Counted from the first letter of the stretch, positions 19,792 through 29,883 are shown. The stretch: 64,000 nucleotides of DNA from a candidate division TA06 bacterium (GCA_016208585.1 JACQXR010000039.1:7163-71162); one strand, 5' to 3'. Notes: generated by a model not told the origin, from the letters alone. Made by a program: numbers and translations.

Positions 19792-20099
19792 CGGCAGCCA
19801 AATCTACAATAATAAACAGACTGAATGAGACTTAGTTTTATTGACTTTTACTGATGGGAGCGGATACCCTTCACCGGACTAAATATCGGTCATATTCAGG
19901 GCAAGCTCTGTGGTGAGCGACTTGTACTGAGCTTGCCGAAGTAAGCCGAACCAATAGTGGACCTGGTTTGACAAGCCTTGGCGGAGTTTGACAGCAATTT
20001 AGATCCAGCCCTATTAACCAATTGGGGTTGTTCGGAAAATAACCGGTCAGTACTGCACCCAGTTAAATTAAAATCTGTTATTTCAAAGGATATGATAAT

Positions 20100-22121
20100 A
20101 TGAAAGAAACATTGAAGAATCTATTTTTTATAGCTGCGCTGCTGTTCTTCCAAAGCGCCCTGGCTCAGGATGCGGCCAAGGCAATCACTGAGGCCGGCCT
20201 GACGGTTCCTGACGCGGTTGATAAGGCCAAAGAGGTTGGTTATTCCGACCAGGAAATCCTCAAAGCCATTGAACAGGCCAAAAATGAGGGAAAGGTTCCG
20301 GTGGAGCAGCCATCTGTTCCGGATGAAAAGAGAATCAAAGAAACTCTTGGCCTAAGCCGGACTTTTCAAGAAATACAAAATGCCGTCTTCGAAAGCTACA
20401 ATATCATAACGACCCCCAAATACAGGCTGTTTGCCCTGCCGCCGTTTGGCTACGAGATATTCAACAATCCCCCTGCCAGCTTTGAGCCGCTGGACTACGG
20501 TCCGGCCGATCCCAACTACCAGATCGGCCCGGGCGATGAATTGGCCGTAAGCCTTTACGGAGACGTCCAGTATTCCAACACTTTTAAGGTTGACCGCGAA
20601 GGAAAGATCACCATACCCGAGGCGGGTATTATTATCGTTAACGGAGAGACTTTGGCCGCGGCAAGCAAAAAGATCGTCGAACGGCTGTCATTGGTCTATT
20701 CAGGCATAAGATCCAGGTCAATATCGGCAGACATAACGCTGGGAAAACTAAAACGGATCAAGATATTCGTCATGGGCGAGGTTCGGCAGCCCGGTGGCTT
20801 TACCATCTCCAGCACCAACACCGCTTTTACCGCCCTTTATTATGCCGCCGGTCCGACCAATCAGGGATCCCTGCGGAGGGTGCAGGTCCTGCGGAACAAT
20901 AAAACCATTGCCACTATTGACCTGTACGATCTGATCCTCAAAGGTAAAAAGGACAGCGATATCCGGCTGCAGAATGGGGATGTGGTCTACGTGCCCCTGG
21001 CCCCCAAAAAGGTTGCCATTCCCAGAGGGGTTTACCGTCCGGGCATCTACGAGCCTTTGCCCGGGGAAGGTTTAAAGGCGGTCCTGGCGTTGGCCGGAGG
21101 CTTGCGCCCCGATGCCTACACCGATATCATCCAGATCAACCGCACCGGCAAGGACGGACTTGTCAAACTGATAGACCTGCCCTCTAAGGAAATTGCCGGA
21201 TCCGCCGCCGAATATGACCTGGAGAGCGAGGACGTGATAGGCATTTACAAGGTGCCGGAAGGGGTGGACAATATCGTCCAGATCAACGGATTGGTGCTGA
21301 TACCGGGGACCTATCAGATAACCGACAGCACTACCCTGGGGGATCTGATAACCAAGGCCGGCGGCCTGCTGAAGATTGCCTATCAACCGCGGGCCGAAGT
21401 ATCGCGGATACTGTTTTATGCCCGGCCCGAGTCGACGGTTACCTTCATCCTTAACCTAGACAGCGAGGCCGACCTGTCCTTTCCCCTGAAATTCCGGGAC
21501 AAGGTGATCGTAAGACAGGATCCCGATTACCACTTACAGAAGGGGGTCACCATCGACGGGATGGTCCATTTCCCGGGATATTATTCGCTGACCGCCGAGG
21601 GCGAGAGGCTCTCCAGCGTCATCAAGCGGGCCGGGGGACTGAAGCCGCTGGCTTACCCCGAGGGAAGCATTTTTAGCCGGGCCGGGGCGGGGCAGATAGA
21701 CGTCAACCTGGCTAAGGCCCTGAGCAATAATGGCAGCCTGCATGATGTGGTAATGCGAGACGGCGATGCGCTGTCGGTCCCGGAGATGCCATCCACGGTG
21801 AATGTCATTGGCGCGGTGCGGTTTCCGGTCAATACTCTCTACGAACGGGGGCAGGGGTATAAGTACTACCTGGAAAAGGTGGGCGGCGCCACCGAAGAGG
21901 CCGACCGTAAAAGGATAACCGTCAGGCTGCCCAACGGGCGCAATATGAAGCCAAAAACTTTCTTTGGGCTGGTTCAAAGGGATATTCCTCCCGGCGCCTC
22001 GATCATCGTGCCCCGGAAAAAGGAAAGCACAGACATCAACTGGGGCGATGTCCTCCAAAATACAGCGGCAATTATATCGACTGCCGTAATGACCATAGCG
22101 GTAATCCGACAATATAAATAA
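20100..22121 (+). CDS. Polysaccharide export protein (Wza-like) with multiple SLBB domains and a signal peptide.
   Basis: Signal peptide, the Poly_export motif (YQIGPGDELAVSLYGD) and repeated SLBB-like units (GDVVYVP, GDALSVPE). Confidence 0.8.
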   Translation: MKETLKNLFFIAALLFFQSALAQDAAKAITEAGLTVPDAVDKAKEVGYSDQEILKAIEQAKNEGKVPVEQPSVPDEKRIKETLGLSRTFQEIQNAVFESYNIITTPKYRLFALPPFGYEIFNNPPASFEPLDYGPADPNYQIGPGDELAVSLYGDVQYSNTFKVDREGKITIPEAGIIIVNGETLAAASKKIVERLSLVYSGIRSRSISADITLGKLKRIKIFVMGEVRQPGGFTISSTNTAFTALYYAAGPTNQGSLRRVQVLRNNKTIATIDLYDLILKGKKDSDIRLQNGDVVYVPLAPKKVAIPRGVYRPGIYEPLPGEGLKAVLALAGGLRPDAYTDIIQINRTGKDGLVKLIDLPSKEIAGSAAEYDLESEDVIGIYKVPEGVDNIVQINGLVLIPGTYQITDSTTLGDLITKAGGLLKIAYQPRAEVSRILFYARPESTVTFILNLDSEADLSFPLKFRDKVIVRQDPDYHLQKGVTIDGMVHFPGYYSLTAEGERLSSVIKRAGGLKPLAYPEGSIFSRAGAGQIDVNLAKALSNNGSLHDVVMRDGDALSVPEMPSTVNVIGAVRFPVNTLYERGQGYKYYLEKVGGATEEADRKRITVRLPNGRNMKPKTFFGLVQRDIPPGASIIVPRKKESTDINWGDVLQNTAAIISTAVMTIAVIRQYK

Positions 22122-22220
22122 GACAGTCTCCTAACAGGGAATCCGGGTGGGCATCTTCCAACAGCAGGCCATGGAAGATCAAAGATTGACATAAAATTAA
22201 CCCAAGGAGTTTGATAACTT

Positions 22221-22425
22221 ATGGACAACATTCAACTGACCAAAGGTCCGGATTTTGATATTGATGCGCTTTTGAAGCATCTGGGCATTTTTTTTGATGC
22301 CCTGGAAAAAAACAGCAATATTCTGCATTGCCATTACGGCAATAACAGCAGTGGTCCTGTTTATTATGCCAAATCACTATACTGCGCAGGCCACCATCTT
22401 TGCCATCAAGCAAATCAAGCAATAA
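22221..22425 (+). pseudogene. N-terminal remnant of a Wzz/PCP chain-length-determinant gene, frameshifted in a T8/A7 homopolymer tract.
   Basis: Frame 1 reads MDNIQLTKGPDFDIDALLKHLGIFF. After the tract ggcattttttttgatgccctggaaaaaaac, a second frame reads KTAIFCIAITAITAVVLFIMPNHYTAQATIFAIKQIKQ*, the canonical Wzz TM1 plus the P.YTA.A motif. Confidence 0.5.
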
Positions 22426-22492
22426 TAGGTTTCCGGCCGGCCCCTGAAACATGCCCCAAGAGGATCAAAACGATGAAAAGGAGAATCCATTG

Positions 22493-23530
22493 ATGGATAA
22501 TGAAACCCGTAAAAACATCATTAATCAAGAAGCCGTTTATCATTATCTCAACATCATTCTGGCCAACTGGAGAAGGATGGCGATGTTCATGGGGGCGGCG
22601 CTGTTAATTTCGGCCGCAGTATTGCTAATAACTCCCAATTACTACGTTTCACAAGTCACCATTCTGCCCGCCGGCAAAAGCTCCTTTTCGGGGCTGATGA
22701 ACCTGGCTTCGGAGCTGGGTTATTCATCATCGGGCGAGGTCATTATCAATTCTCCTCAGGTCATTTTCCGGATAGTGCGCAGCCGCATACTGTCCGAGAT
22801 GCTCGGCAAGCGGGTCTATTTTCACAGCGGCAAAAACCGCGCCCTAATGCTCCATGAGGTTTTTAAGATAAAGGAAAAGGATCCGGCGCGGAGAGAATAC
22901 TTTACTCATCTGGCTTTAAACCGGGCCATGACCACCAGCATAGATGCCCGGATCAAGAGCCTGGATATTTCTTTAAAAGTAGATGACCCGCAGATAGCCG
23001 CGGAACTAATGAATGCCATAGTCGAGGAGCTTGATAATTACAATATCTTGTACCGGAACAATAAAGCCAAAATGAACCGGGAATTCGTTGAGAAAAGGCT
23101 GAAAGACACAGGCGATTCGCTGGCAAAATACGAAGAGGCGCTGAGGCTGTTCAGGGAAGAGAACCGCAACGTAGCTCAATCACCCATGCTCATGCTAAGG
23201 CAGCAGAGGCTGGTCAGAAGAGTAAATGTCAGCTATGAGCTATACCTGCTATTAACCAAAGAATACGAAACCGCCAAGCTTCAGGAGGTCAGGGACACCC
23301 CGGTGCTGGATATCATTGAAAGGGCCAGGCCGCTGCCGGTAAAGAGCGGCCCGGTAAGGAGAAAAGCCCTGATGACGGTGTTTCTTCTGGCCCTAGTCTC
23401 GGGTTTGTTTTTTCTGCTGGCCGGCGAGCATCTTAAAAAATCCGGGATCATCGTTCGGCTTCGCCAGCTGGAAGGATATCGGGCAATATCCCGGGACCTG
23501 TCCGCTGTTTTCAAAAGGCTCCGGGGATGA
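22493..23530 (+). CDS. Wzz-like polysaccharide co-polymerase (chain-length determinant).
   Basis: RBS aaaaggag lies 7 nt upstream. N-terminal TM plus PNYYVSQVTIL, a periplasmic coiled region, and a C-terminal TM (LMTVFLLALVSGLFFLLAGE). Confidence 0.65.
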   Translation: MDNETRKNIINQEAVYHYLNIILANWRRMAMFMGAALLISAAVLLITPNYYVSQVTILPAGKSSFSGLMNLASELGYSSSGEVIINSPQVIFRIVRSRILSEMLGKRVYFHSGKNRALMLHEVFKIKEKDPARREYFTHLALNRAMTTSIDARIKSLDISLKVDDPQIAAELMNAIVEELDNYNILYRNNKAKMNREFVEKRLKDTGDSLAKYEEALRLFREENRNVAQSPMLMLRQQRLVRRVNVSYELYLLLTKEYETAKLQEVRDTPVLDIIERARPLPVKSGPVRRKALMTVFLLALVSGLFFLLAGEHLKKSGIIVRLRQLEGYRAISRDLSAVFKRLRG

Positions 23531-23584
23531 ACTTCAGGTACCGGCCGGCCGGATTCCATAATCAGATAATGAGGCCTGTTTAGA

Positions 23585-25384
23585 ATGTGCGGCATCTGCG
23601 GGATAGTGTCTCTCGGCCGGGAAGGACCGCCGGTGGATTCGAAAGAACTGCTGAGGATACGCGACAGGATGGCCGTCCGGGGGCCGGACGAAGCGGGGTT
23701 GTGGACTTCGCCTGACCGCAAAGCGGCCTTGGGCCACCGCCGACTTTCCATCATAGACCTGAGCCGGCAGGCGTCCCAGCCCATGACCGACGACAGCGGG
23801 CGATACGCCATAGTCTTTAACGGCGAGATATACAACTACCGGGACCTGCAAAGGCAGCTGTCCGGGTCGGGCCATAAATTCAGGAGCAACAGCGACACCG
23901 AGGTTTTGCTGGCCCTGTATGCCCAGATGGGCGCCGGCATGCTGGATTCTTTGCGGGGAATGTTCGCCCTGGCCATCTGGGATGACAGTGATAAGCGCCT
24001 TTTCCTGGCCCGGGATCATTTCGGCATAAAACCGCTGTATTACTCAAGGGACGGCAGATATTTCCGTTTTGCCTCCCAAGTCAAGGCCCTGCTGGCCGGA
24101 GGCAAGATCTCAAGCCGGGCAGACCAGGCTGGGCAGGCCGGTTTTCTGACCCTGGGGTATGTGCCGGAGCCCCACACTACATTTGAAAGCATCCAGGCTT
24201 TGCCGGCCGGGACTGCCAAAATGATCGGCCGATCGGGCCGGGAACGGGACATAAAGTATTTCGAGCTGACTAATGAATTAACCGGAGCCGAAGTATCTTT
24301 TAAGGAATCCTTTCAACCGGCTCTCCCCGTGGAAGAATTACAGTCAGCCTTCAGGGATTCCGTAAATTATCACTTGGTTTCGGACGTGCCGGTGGGGGTG
24401 TTTCTTTCATCCGGAGTAGATTCCACCACAATCGCTGCTTTGGCCTCCGAGCATAAAGCCGATATCAAAACAGTGACCCTGGGCTTTGCCGAATTTAAGG
24501 GAAAAGAAAACGACGAAGTCCCTCTGGCCGAAAAGACGGCCGCTTTGTTAGAGACCGATCATACTTCAAGTTGGATATCCCGGAGCGATTTTACCGGGCA
24601 ACTGGAAAAACTGCTGGAAGCCATGGATCAACCCTCTATCGACGGAGTCAACACTTACTTTGTCAGCCGGGCGGCCTCTCAGATAGGACTAAAAGTTGCA
24701 TTGTCTGGGCTAGGCGGAGATGAACTGTGCGGCAGCTATTCCAGCTTCAGGCATATTCCCCAAATGACCGCTTGGTTCAAAGGCTGGAAGGATCATCGCA
24801 AATTGGCTGGAAATATCCGCCGGCTGGCTAGTCCGATGTTAAAATCTTTTATCTCTCCCAAATATGCCGGGCTTTTTGAATACGGGGGGTCTTATGGCGG
24901 GGCATATCTCTTAAGAAGGGGGCTTTTTATGCCCTGGGAATTGCCGGGACTAATGGGAAAAGATGAGGCCGAAAGGGGCTGGGCCGATTTGAACTTATTA
25001 AACCGCCTGGAGAACGCAGTGGAGCCGATAAAGGCTCCCCGCCTGAAAGTTGCCGCGCTGGAGCTCTCCTGGTATATGAAAAACCAGCTTTTGAAGGATT
25101 CGGACTGGGCCGGCATGGCCCATTCCCTGGAGATTAGGGCGCCCTGGGTGGATGTAAAACTTTTCCGGGCCCTGTTGCCGTTCATGGCAAGGGGGAAAGT
25201 GGATAAAACCTCATTGCTTTCCAGCGTCATCAACACATTGCCGCCTGAAATAAGAAGCAGAAAAAGAACCGGTTTCTCGGTTCCGGTCAGAAACTGGCTG
25301 ATGGAAGAAATCCCGGCCCGCCGCAAGGCGTGGGGATTGAGAGATTGGGCCAGACTTTTACACAATAAATGGGTTAATATATGA
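23585..25384 (+). CDS. asnB: Asparagine synthase (glutamine-hydrolysing)-type amidotransferase, probably a glycan amidotransferase of WbpS type.
   Basis: MCGICGI is the class II glutaminase N-terminus. SGGVDSTTIAAL is the PP-loop (SGGxDS). It lies in a glycan locus. Confidence 0.85.
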   Translation: MCGICGIVSLGREGPPVDSKELLRIRDRMAVRGPDEAGLWTSPDRKAALGHRRLSIIDLSRQASQPMTDDSGRYAIVFNGEIYNYRDLQRQLSGSGHKFRSNSDTEVLLALYAQMGAGMLDSLRGMFALAIWDDSDKRLFLARDHFGIKPLYYSRDGRYFRFASQVKALLAGGKISSRADQAGQAGFLTLGYVPEPHTTFESIQALPAGTAKMIGRSGRERDIKYFELTNELTGAEVSFKESFQPALPVEELQSAFRDSVNYHLVSDVPVGVFLSSGVDSTTIAALASEHKADIKTVTLGFAEFKGKENDEVPLAEKTAALLETDHTSSWISRSDFTGQLEKLLEAMDQPSIDGVNTYFVSRAASQIGLKVALSGLGGDELCGSYSSFRHIPQMTAWFKGWKDHRKLAGNIRRLASPMLKSFISPKYAGLFEYGGSYGGAYLLRRGLFMPWELPGLMGKDEAERGWADLNLLNRLENAVEPIKAPRLKVAALELSWYMKNQLLKDSDWAGMAHSLEIRAPWVDVKLFRALLPFMARGKVDKTSLLSSVINTLPPEIRSRKRTGFSVPVRNWLMEEIPARRKAWGLRDWARLLHNKWVNI

Positions 25385-26064
25385 AATTGGTCCGAGTCTG
25401 CGATCATACATTCATCTGCGATTGGCTGAATGATAATTCCGTATTATTGGATTGCGGGGTGAATCATGGCGATTTCTCCAAGTGGATAGAAATGAACATT
25501 GGGTGTTCTATCTATGGTTTTGAGCCTGACCCGGGGTTGTTTATACATCTTCCGCAAATAGCCAAGGCTCAGTTTTTCCCCGTTGCCATTTTAGATAAGA
25601 TAGGCGAGATGCCCTTGAATTTAGGCACAAATATTTGCAGCAGCTTAATATTCAAAGAAACTCCGAAGCAGGATGTTCGGCGGGTAAAAACAACAACCTT
25701 GGAAAGCTTTTGTCAGCAACGTAATATTCAACAGATAGACTTTTTGAAATTGGATATTGAAAGAGCTGAAATCGGAGTGCTTGAAAATGTGAAACCCGAT
25801 ATGTTGCGACAGATTGTTCAAATAACGGTGGAATTCCATGACCATCTTGACATAAGGGAAAGACCGAAAATAAAAAGGGTGATTAAGAGGCTGAACAGGT
25901 TGGGCTTTTATTGTATTCGTTTCTCCTTTTTTAAATATACGGACACTCTTTTCATCAATAGTTATTTAGCTCCCTTATCACCAATTGATCTGTTATGGCT
26001 TAATGTAAAAAGCTTTTCCCTGGGTCTAAAAAGATATATGTATAGAATGTTTATGCGAAAATAA
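25381..26064 (+). CDS. FkbM-family methyltransferase.
   Basis: LLDCGVNHGDFS and FLKLDIERAEIGVL are present. The gene is AT-rich. Confidence 0.65.
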   Translation: MKLVRVCDHTFICDWLNDNSVLLDCGVNHGDFSKWIEMNIGCSIYGFEPDPGLFIHLPQIAKAQFFPVAILDKIGEMPLNLGTNICSSLIFKETPKQDVRRVKTTTLESFCQQRNIQQIDFLKLDIERAEIGVLENVKPDMLRQIVQITVEFHDHLDIRERPKIKRVIKRLNRLGFYCIRFSFFKYTDTLFINSYLAPLSPIDLLWLNVKSFSLGLKRYMYRMFMRK

Positions 26065-26095
26065 ATGAGAGCGCTGTTTTTTACTACCGAGGCAT

Positions 26096-26362
26096 TTGGC
26101 GGGCATGGCACATTCCTTGGAGATAAGGGTGCCCTGGGTTGATGTCAAGCTTTTTCGGACATTGTTGCCGTCAATAGCAAAAGGTGAATTGGGTAAAGGA
26201 TCGTTGCTTTCCACCGTTGCCGATATGCTGCCGCCGGATATTGGAAGCAGGAAGAAAACCGGGTTTTCGGTCCCGGTAAGGGAGTGGTTGATGAAGGGAA
26301 ACCAAAATTCCATGACGAGGGGATTAAGAAAATGGGCGAAAATAATAAAGGACAATTATTAA
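26096..26362 (+). pseudogene. Duplicated C-terminal fragment of the AsnB-type gene.
   Basis: MAGMAHSLEIRVPWVDVKLFRTLLP..TGFSVPVREWLM compares with the asnB C-terminus WAGMAHSLEIRAPWVDVKLFRALLP..TGFSVPVRNWLM. Nucleotide identity with 25098-25384 is roughly 80%. Confidence 0.75.
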
Positions 26363-26368
26363 GGTAGT

Positions 26369-27166
26369 ATGAATAAATGTAAGTTTTGTGACAATAACTT
26401 ATCAATATTTTCCGAATCATATTTGCAATGCACGCATTGCGATATTCTTATTAGCAGTCTTCCGGAAGGCTCTTATGACGCAAAATATTATTATGTTGAA
26501 AATTATCGATCTAAGGAGACCCAATTTAGATCAAAACAATTATTTAAATATTTCAAGCAATATATAGGAGAAAAAAAATGCCTTGATTTCGGTTGTAATG
26601 ACGGTTCGTATGTGCTGTATTCAAGAGCAAAGGGGATTGATTGTATCGGGATAGATATAAACAAATATGTTATGGCGAAGAATAAATCTCATTCACCCGA
26701 TATATTTTTTCATCCCGATGAAATCAGGTCGAAATTTTCTTGCGTTACGGCTTTTGATGTTATTGAGCATTTTGATGATATAAATGTTTTTTTTCATGAG
26801 ATTGAACGCTTTGTGGATAGCACCGGCATGCTGATTTTTACAACGCCGAATGTACACAGTAAGTGGATTAAAATATATAAGAAGGGTTGGCACGGATACG
26901 GCATTCCGAAGTATCATAGGTATATTTTTTCGGTAGGTTTTTTAAAAAATATTCTAATGGCAAAAGGATTTAATGTTGATGCCGTTTTTACAGTAGCGCC
27001 AATTGATAAAAATGGATTTAGTTTATTGGTGCGTTCTGGCTATAGATTAAAAAAGAAAAAAATCGAAAAATTATTATTGCTGCCGGTCGCAATTATAAAA
27101 TATTTATTGGGTAATTTCAAAAATGGACAAGAGGATACGATTTGCATCGTTGCTCGGAAAAAATAA
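26369..27166 (+). CDS. Class I SAM-dependent methyltransferase with an N-terminal Cys4 zinc ribbon.
   Basis: CKFCDN...CTHCD is the zinc ribbon. LDFGCNDGSY is motif I. GC content is very low. Confidence 0.65.
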   Translation: MNKCKFCDNNLSIFSESYLQCTHCDILISSLPEGSYDAKYYYVENYRSKETQFRSKQLFKYFKQYIGEKKCLDFGCNDGSYVLYSRAKGIDCIGIDINKYVMAKNKSHSPDIFFHPDEIRSKFSCVTAFDVIEHFDDINVFFHEIERFVDSTGMLIFTTPNVHSKWIKIYKKGWHGYGIPKYHRYIFSVGFLKNILMAKGFNVDAVFTVAPIDKNGFSLLVRSGYRLKKKKIEKLLLLPVAIIKYLLGNFKNGQEDTICIVARKK

Positions 27167-28235
27167 GAACTTACTGGGTGCACGTAAAGTATTAATTTAT
27201 AGATTAGGTAGCCTTGGCGATACAGTTATTGCCTTGCCGCTTTTTCATCTCATTCAGCGTGTTTTTCCAAGCGCTGGAATTGCAGTTTTATCAGCCAATG
27301 TTACTGATAGCAAAGCTATTTCAGTAAAATCATTGCTTGATGGATCAGGCTTGGTTCATCAGTACATTAATTATCAAGTAAGACTTAGGAACTTGAAGGA
27401 TATATATGGTTTAAGACAAAGAATAAGGGATTATAATCCTGATGTACTTATATATTTAACCGAGCCCCGAGGCCGGTTCTCAATTTACCGTGACACAGCT
27501 TTCTTTTACTTCTGCGGCATAAAATGCATTATCGGCGCTCCATTGTCTGCGGACAAATTAAATAACAGTTTTGATGAAGCAAATGGTTTGTATGAAAATG
27601 AAACGGAAAGATTGGCACGGTGTTTGTCCGTGTTGGGTGATGCGCATTTGGAGTTGATGGAGAATTGGAGTTTACGTCTTTCAAAGGAGGAAGAGCATAA
27701 GGCGGATAATTTATTAAAACAAAATAGAGCGGTCTCAAAATTTATTGTTTTTGGATTGGGCACTAAGATAAAATCGAAGGATTGGGGGCAATCAAACTGG
27801 CAAAATTTGATTGCCAAATTATCCGAGAAATTCTATGACTATGCCGTAGTATTTATTGGCGCAAAGGATGAATATGATTATTGTGATAGTGTTGGCAGGT
27901 TTTGGAAGAATGATAAAATAAATTTATGCGGTCTTACCAAACCCAGAGAAGCTGCCGCAATTATAAAAAAAGCGGCAGTGTACATCGGACATGATTCCGG
28001 GTCAATGCATTTAGCCGCAGCACAGGGGATTCCGATTGTAGCGATATTTAGTTCTCGAGCAAAACCGGGCATTTGGTTTCCTTATTGGAGCAGACAAAAT
28101 ATTCTTTTTAATAGTATTAAATGCCAGGGGTGTTTATTGGATAATTGCCCAAAAGACAACAAATGTATAAAAATGACAACGGTAGATAAAGTATATTTAA
28201 AAATTGAAAAGGTTCTAAAATCAACCAGTTCTTAA
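27123..28235 (+). CDS. Glycosyltransferase family 9 (heptosyltransferase-like).
   Basis: VLIYRLGSLGDTVIALPLF and GHDSGSMHLAAAQGIPIVAIFS are present. Confidence 0.75.
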   Translation: MDKRIRFASLLGKNKNLLGARKVLIYRLGSLGDTVIALPLFHLIQRVFPSAGIAVLSANVTDSKAISVKSLLDGSGLVHQYINYQVRLRNLKDIYGLRQRIRDYNPDVLIYLTEPRGRFSIYRDTAFFYFCGIKCIIGAPLSADKLNNSFDEANGLYENETERLARCLSVLGDAHLELMENWSLRLSKEEEHKADNLLKQNRAVSKFIVFGLGTKIKSKDWGQSNWQNLIAKLSEKFYDYAVVFIGAKDEYDYCDSVGRFWKNDKINLCGLTKPREAAAIIKKAAVYIGHDSGSMHLAAAQGIPIVAIFSSRAKPGIWFPYWSRQNILFNSIKCQGCLLDNCPKDNKCIKMTTVDKVYLKIEKVLKSTSS

Positions 28236-28486
28236 AATACTTTATGGACCACTGTCTAATGAATTTACTGAACTTTGGCAAATTTACCAGGTCTACGTCA
28301 TTTTGAGAATTACTCCTTGCTTTGCCATTGAAAAATCAATATATTTTGTCAGATTCCCTTCATAAGCCATGCATGGCACTCATTTCAGGGCGGCGCTTCG
28401 ATTGTAAGGCTTGATGTTGCGCTCAGAATGACTCGATTAGTTTTTTTTCCAAAGTTGAGAAATTTATTCTTCCTTCGGAATACTAT

Positions 28487-28590
28487 GTCCGTTAGGGCGT
28501 AGATGAAGTGAATCCTGCAAAGCAGGACCGACGAAGTCTGAGATCAAGACTAAGATGCTATGGCCGTAAGGCCATAGTCATTCACTAACC
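28487..28590. repeat. Family 2 structured repeat element, copy C (GNRA-hairpin rich). An inverted copy lies at 53925-54036.
   Basis: Contains the hairpins tcctgc-aaa-gcagga, agtct-gagatca-agact and ctatggcc-gtaa-ggccatag. Its reverse complement aligns with 53925-54036. Confidence 0.7.
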
Positions 28591-28614
28591 ATTGAAAAAG
28601 CGATAGGTGTTAAA

Positions 28615-29883
28615 ATGAGAAAATTGTTTTTTCTATTGGGCTGGTTTTCTTTTGTTACCGCCGCCTGGGGAAGTCAAATCCCCGAAGCGGCCAATTTGGA
28701 AAACAAGCCTGCCAATCCGTGGACAGCATACCTGAACAATTCCGTTGACAGTGTAAAACAGATCTTTTTTGCCAACCAGGATACTGATAAACTATTGCTG
28801 CAATCGCCGTCAAATGACGGCTATGTCAACTTTAACTTGGCCCAGGGGCTACACCAAAACCCGGCAGGAGCCAGGTATAACCCGACGGCATATCTGGGCT
28901 GGAATGTAATGAACGGCGGGGCACGAGAAATAGCCGGGGAAGCTCAGGTTTTCGACAGTTGGGAACACCGCTTTGTTCCCCAAGTAGGCAAAACGTTGTT
29001 GGAGCGGCATTGGATCTTCGGTGGCGAGACAGGCAATAGTTATAGGCCAATATCTTCATCAATGCAGGTTGAGAACGAGTTGGTGGATCTATCTTTTTGT
29101 GCCGACGAAATAAATTTTTTTGATAAAACATCTACCTTCCAATATTTTATTTTGCGGGCCATCGGCAGCATAATCATTAATAATAAAAGCATTGAACATA
29201 CTATGAATGATGACCGTGCCTACTATATAAACCAAACCCTGCCTGCCACGAAAGATATTCAGGTTATATATGCTATGGGCGGCGCTAATATATGGAGCCA
29301 AAGAATAATGGCTGGAAGCTATGATTATTCCATATATAACATAACCCGAGGGCATGATTTATATATCAGAAATGCAGATGGTTTTGTTGGTATCGGGACG
29401 ACAACCCCCTTGGCAAGATTGGATGTAAACGGGGGAGTAAGGGCTAAAACTCTGCAGATAGGAGACAGTACTGTATATATAACCAAACAAAAATTCATAC
29501 GCAGAGACACATTATTTGAGGTGGTTAATTCGGATACCTTCTACATGCTTAAAAAAGGCGCAGTATCTGCAGTATCTGAAGATACTGTGCTGCCGGACAA
29601 AGAAAGTTACAATGCGCTGATGCAAAATTATCCAAACCCAGTATCAAATATTGCAAGGATAGAATATCGGTTAGCTAAAAATGGGCACGTAAAATTGGAT
29701 ATATATAACACGTTGGGGCAAAAGGTCAGAACATTGATTGATCGGAACATGCCTCCAGGCGCCCATGTGTCGGTATGGGACGGCAAGGATGATGAAGACA
29801 GAAAGGTCTCGGCCGGGATATATATATATAAATTGGAGGCGGATGATTTTAATGCCGTGCAAAAAATGATATTGATCAGGTAG
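28615..29883 (+). CDS. Secreted protein with a C-terminal T9SS sorting domain (Por_Secre_tail).
   Basis: Signal peptide (FFLLGWFSFVTAAWG). The C-terminal ~80 aa read NYPNPVSNIARIEYRL...LDIYNTLGQKVRTL...AGIYIYKL, which is a CTD. Confidence 0.7.
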   Translation: MRKLFFLLGWFSFVTAAWGSQIPEAANLENKPANPWTAYLNNSVDSVKQIFFANQDTDKLLLQSPSNDGYVNFNLAQGLHQNPAGARYNPTAYLGWNVMNGGAREIAGEAQVFDSWEHRFVPQVGKTLLERHWIFGGETGNSYRPISSSMQVENELVDLSFCADEINFFDKTSTFQYFILRAIGSIIINNKSIEHTMNDDRAYYINQTLPATKDIQVIYAMGGANIWSQRIMAGSYDYSIYNITRGHDLYIRNADGFVGIGTTTPLARLDVNGGVRAKTLQIGDSTVYITKQKFIRRDTLFEVVNSDTFYMLKKGAVSAVSEDTVLPDKESYNALMQNYPNPVSNIARIEYRLAKNGHVKLDIYNTLGQKVRTLIDRNMPPGAHVSVWDGKDDEDRKVSAGIYIYKLEADDFNAVQKMILIR

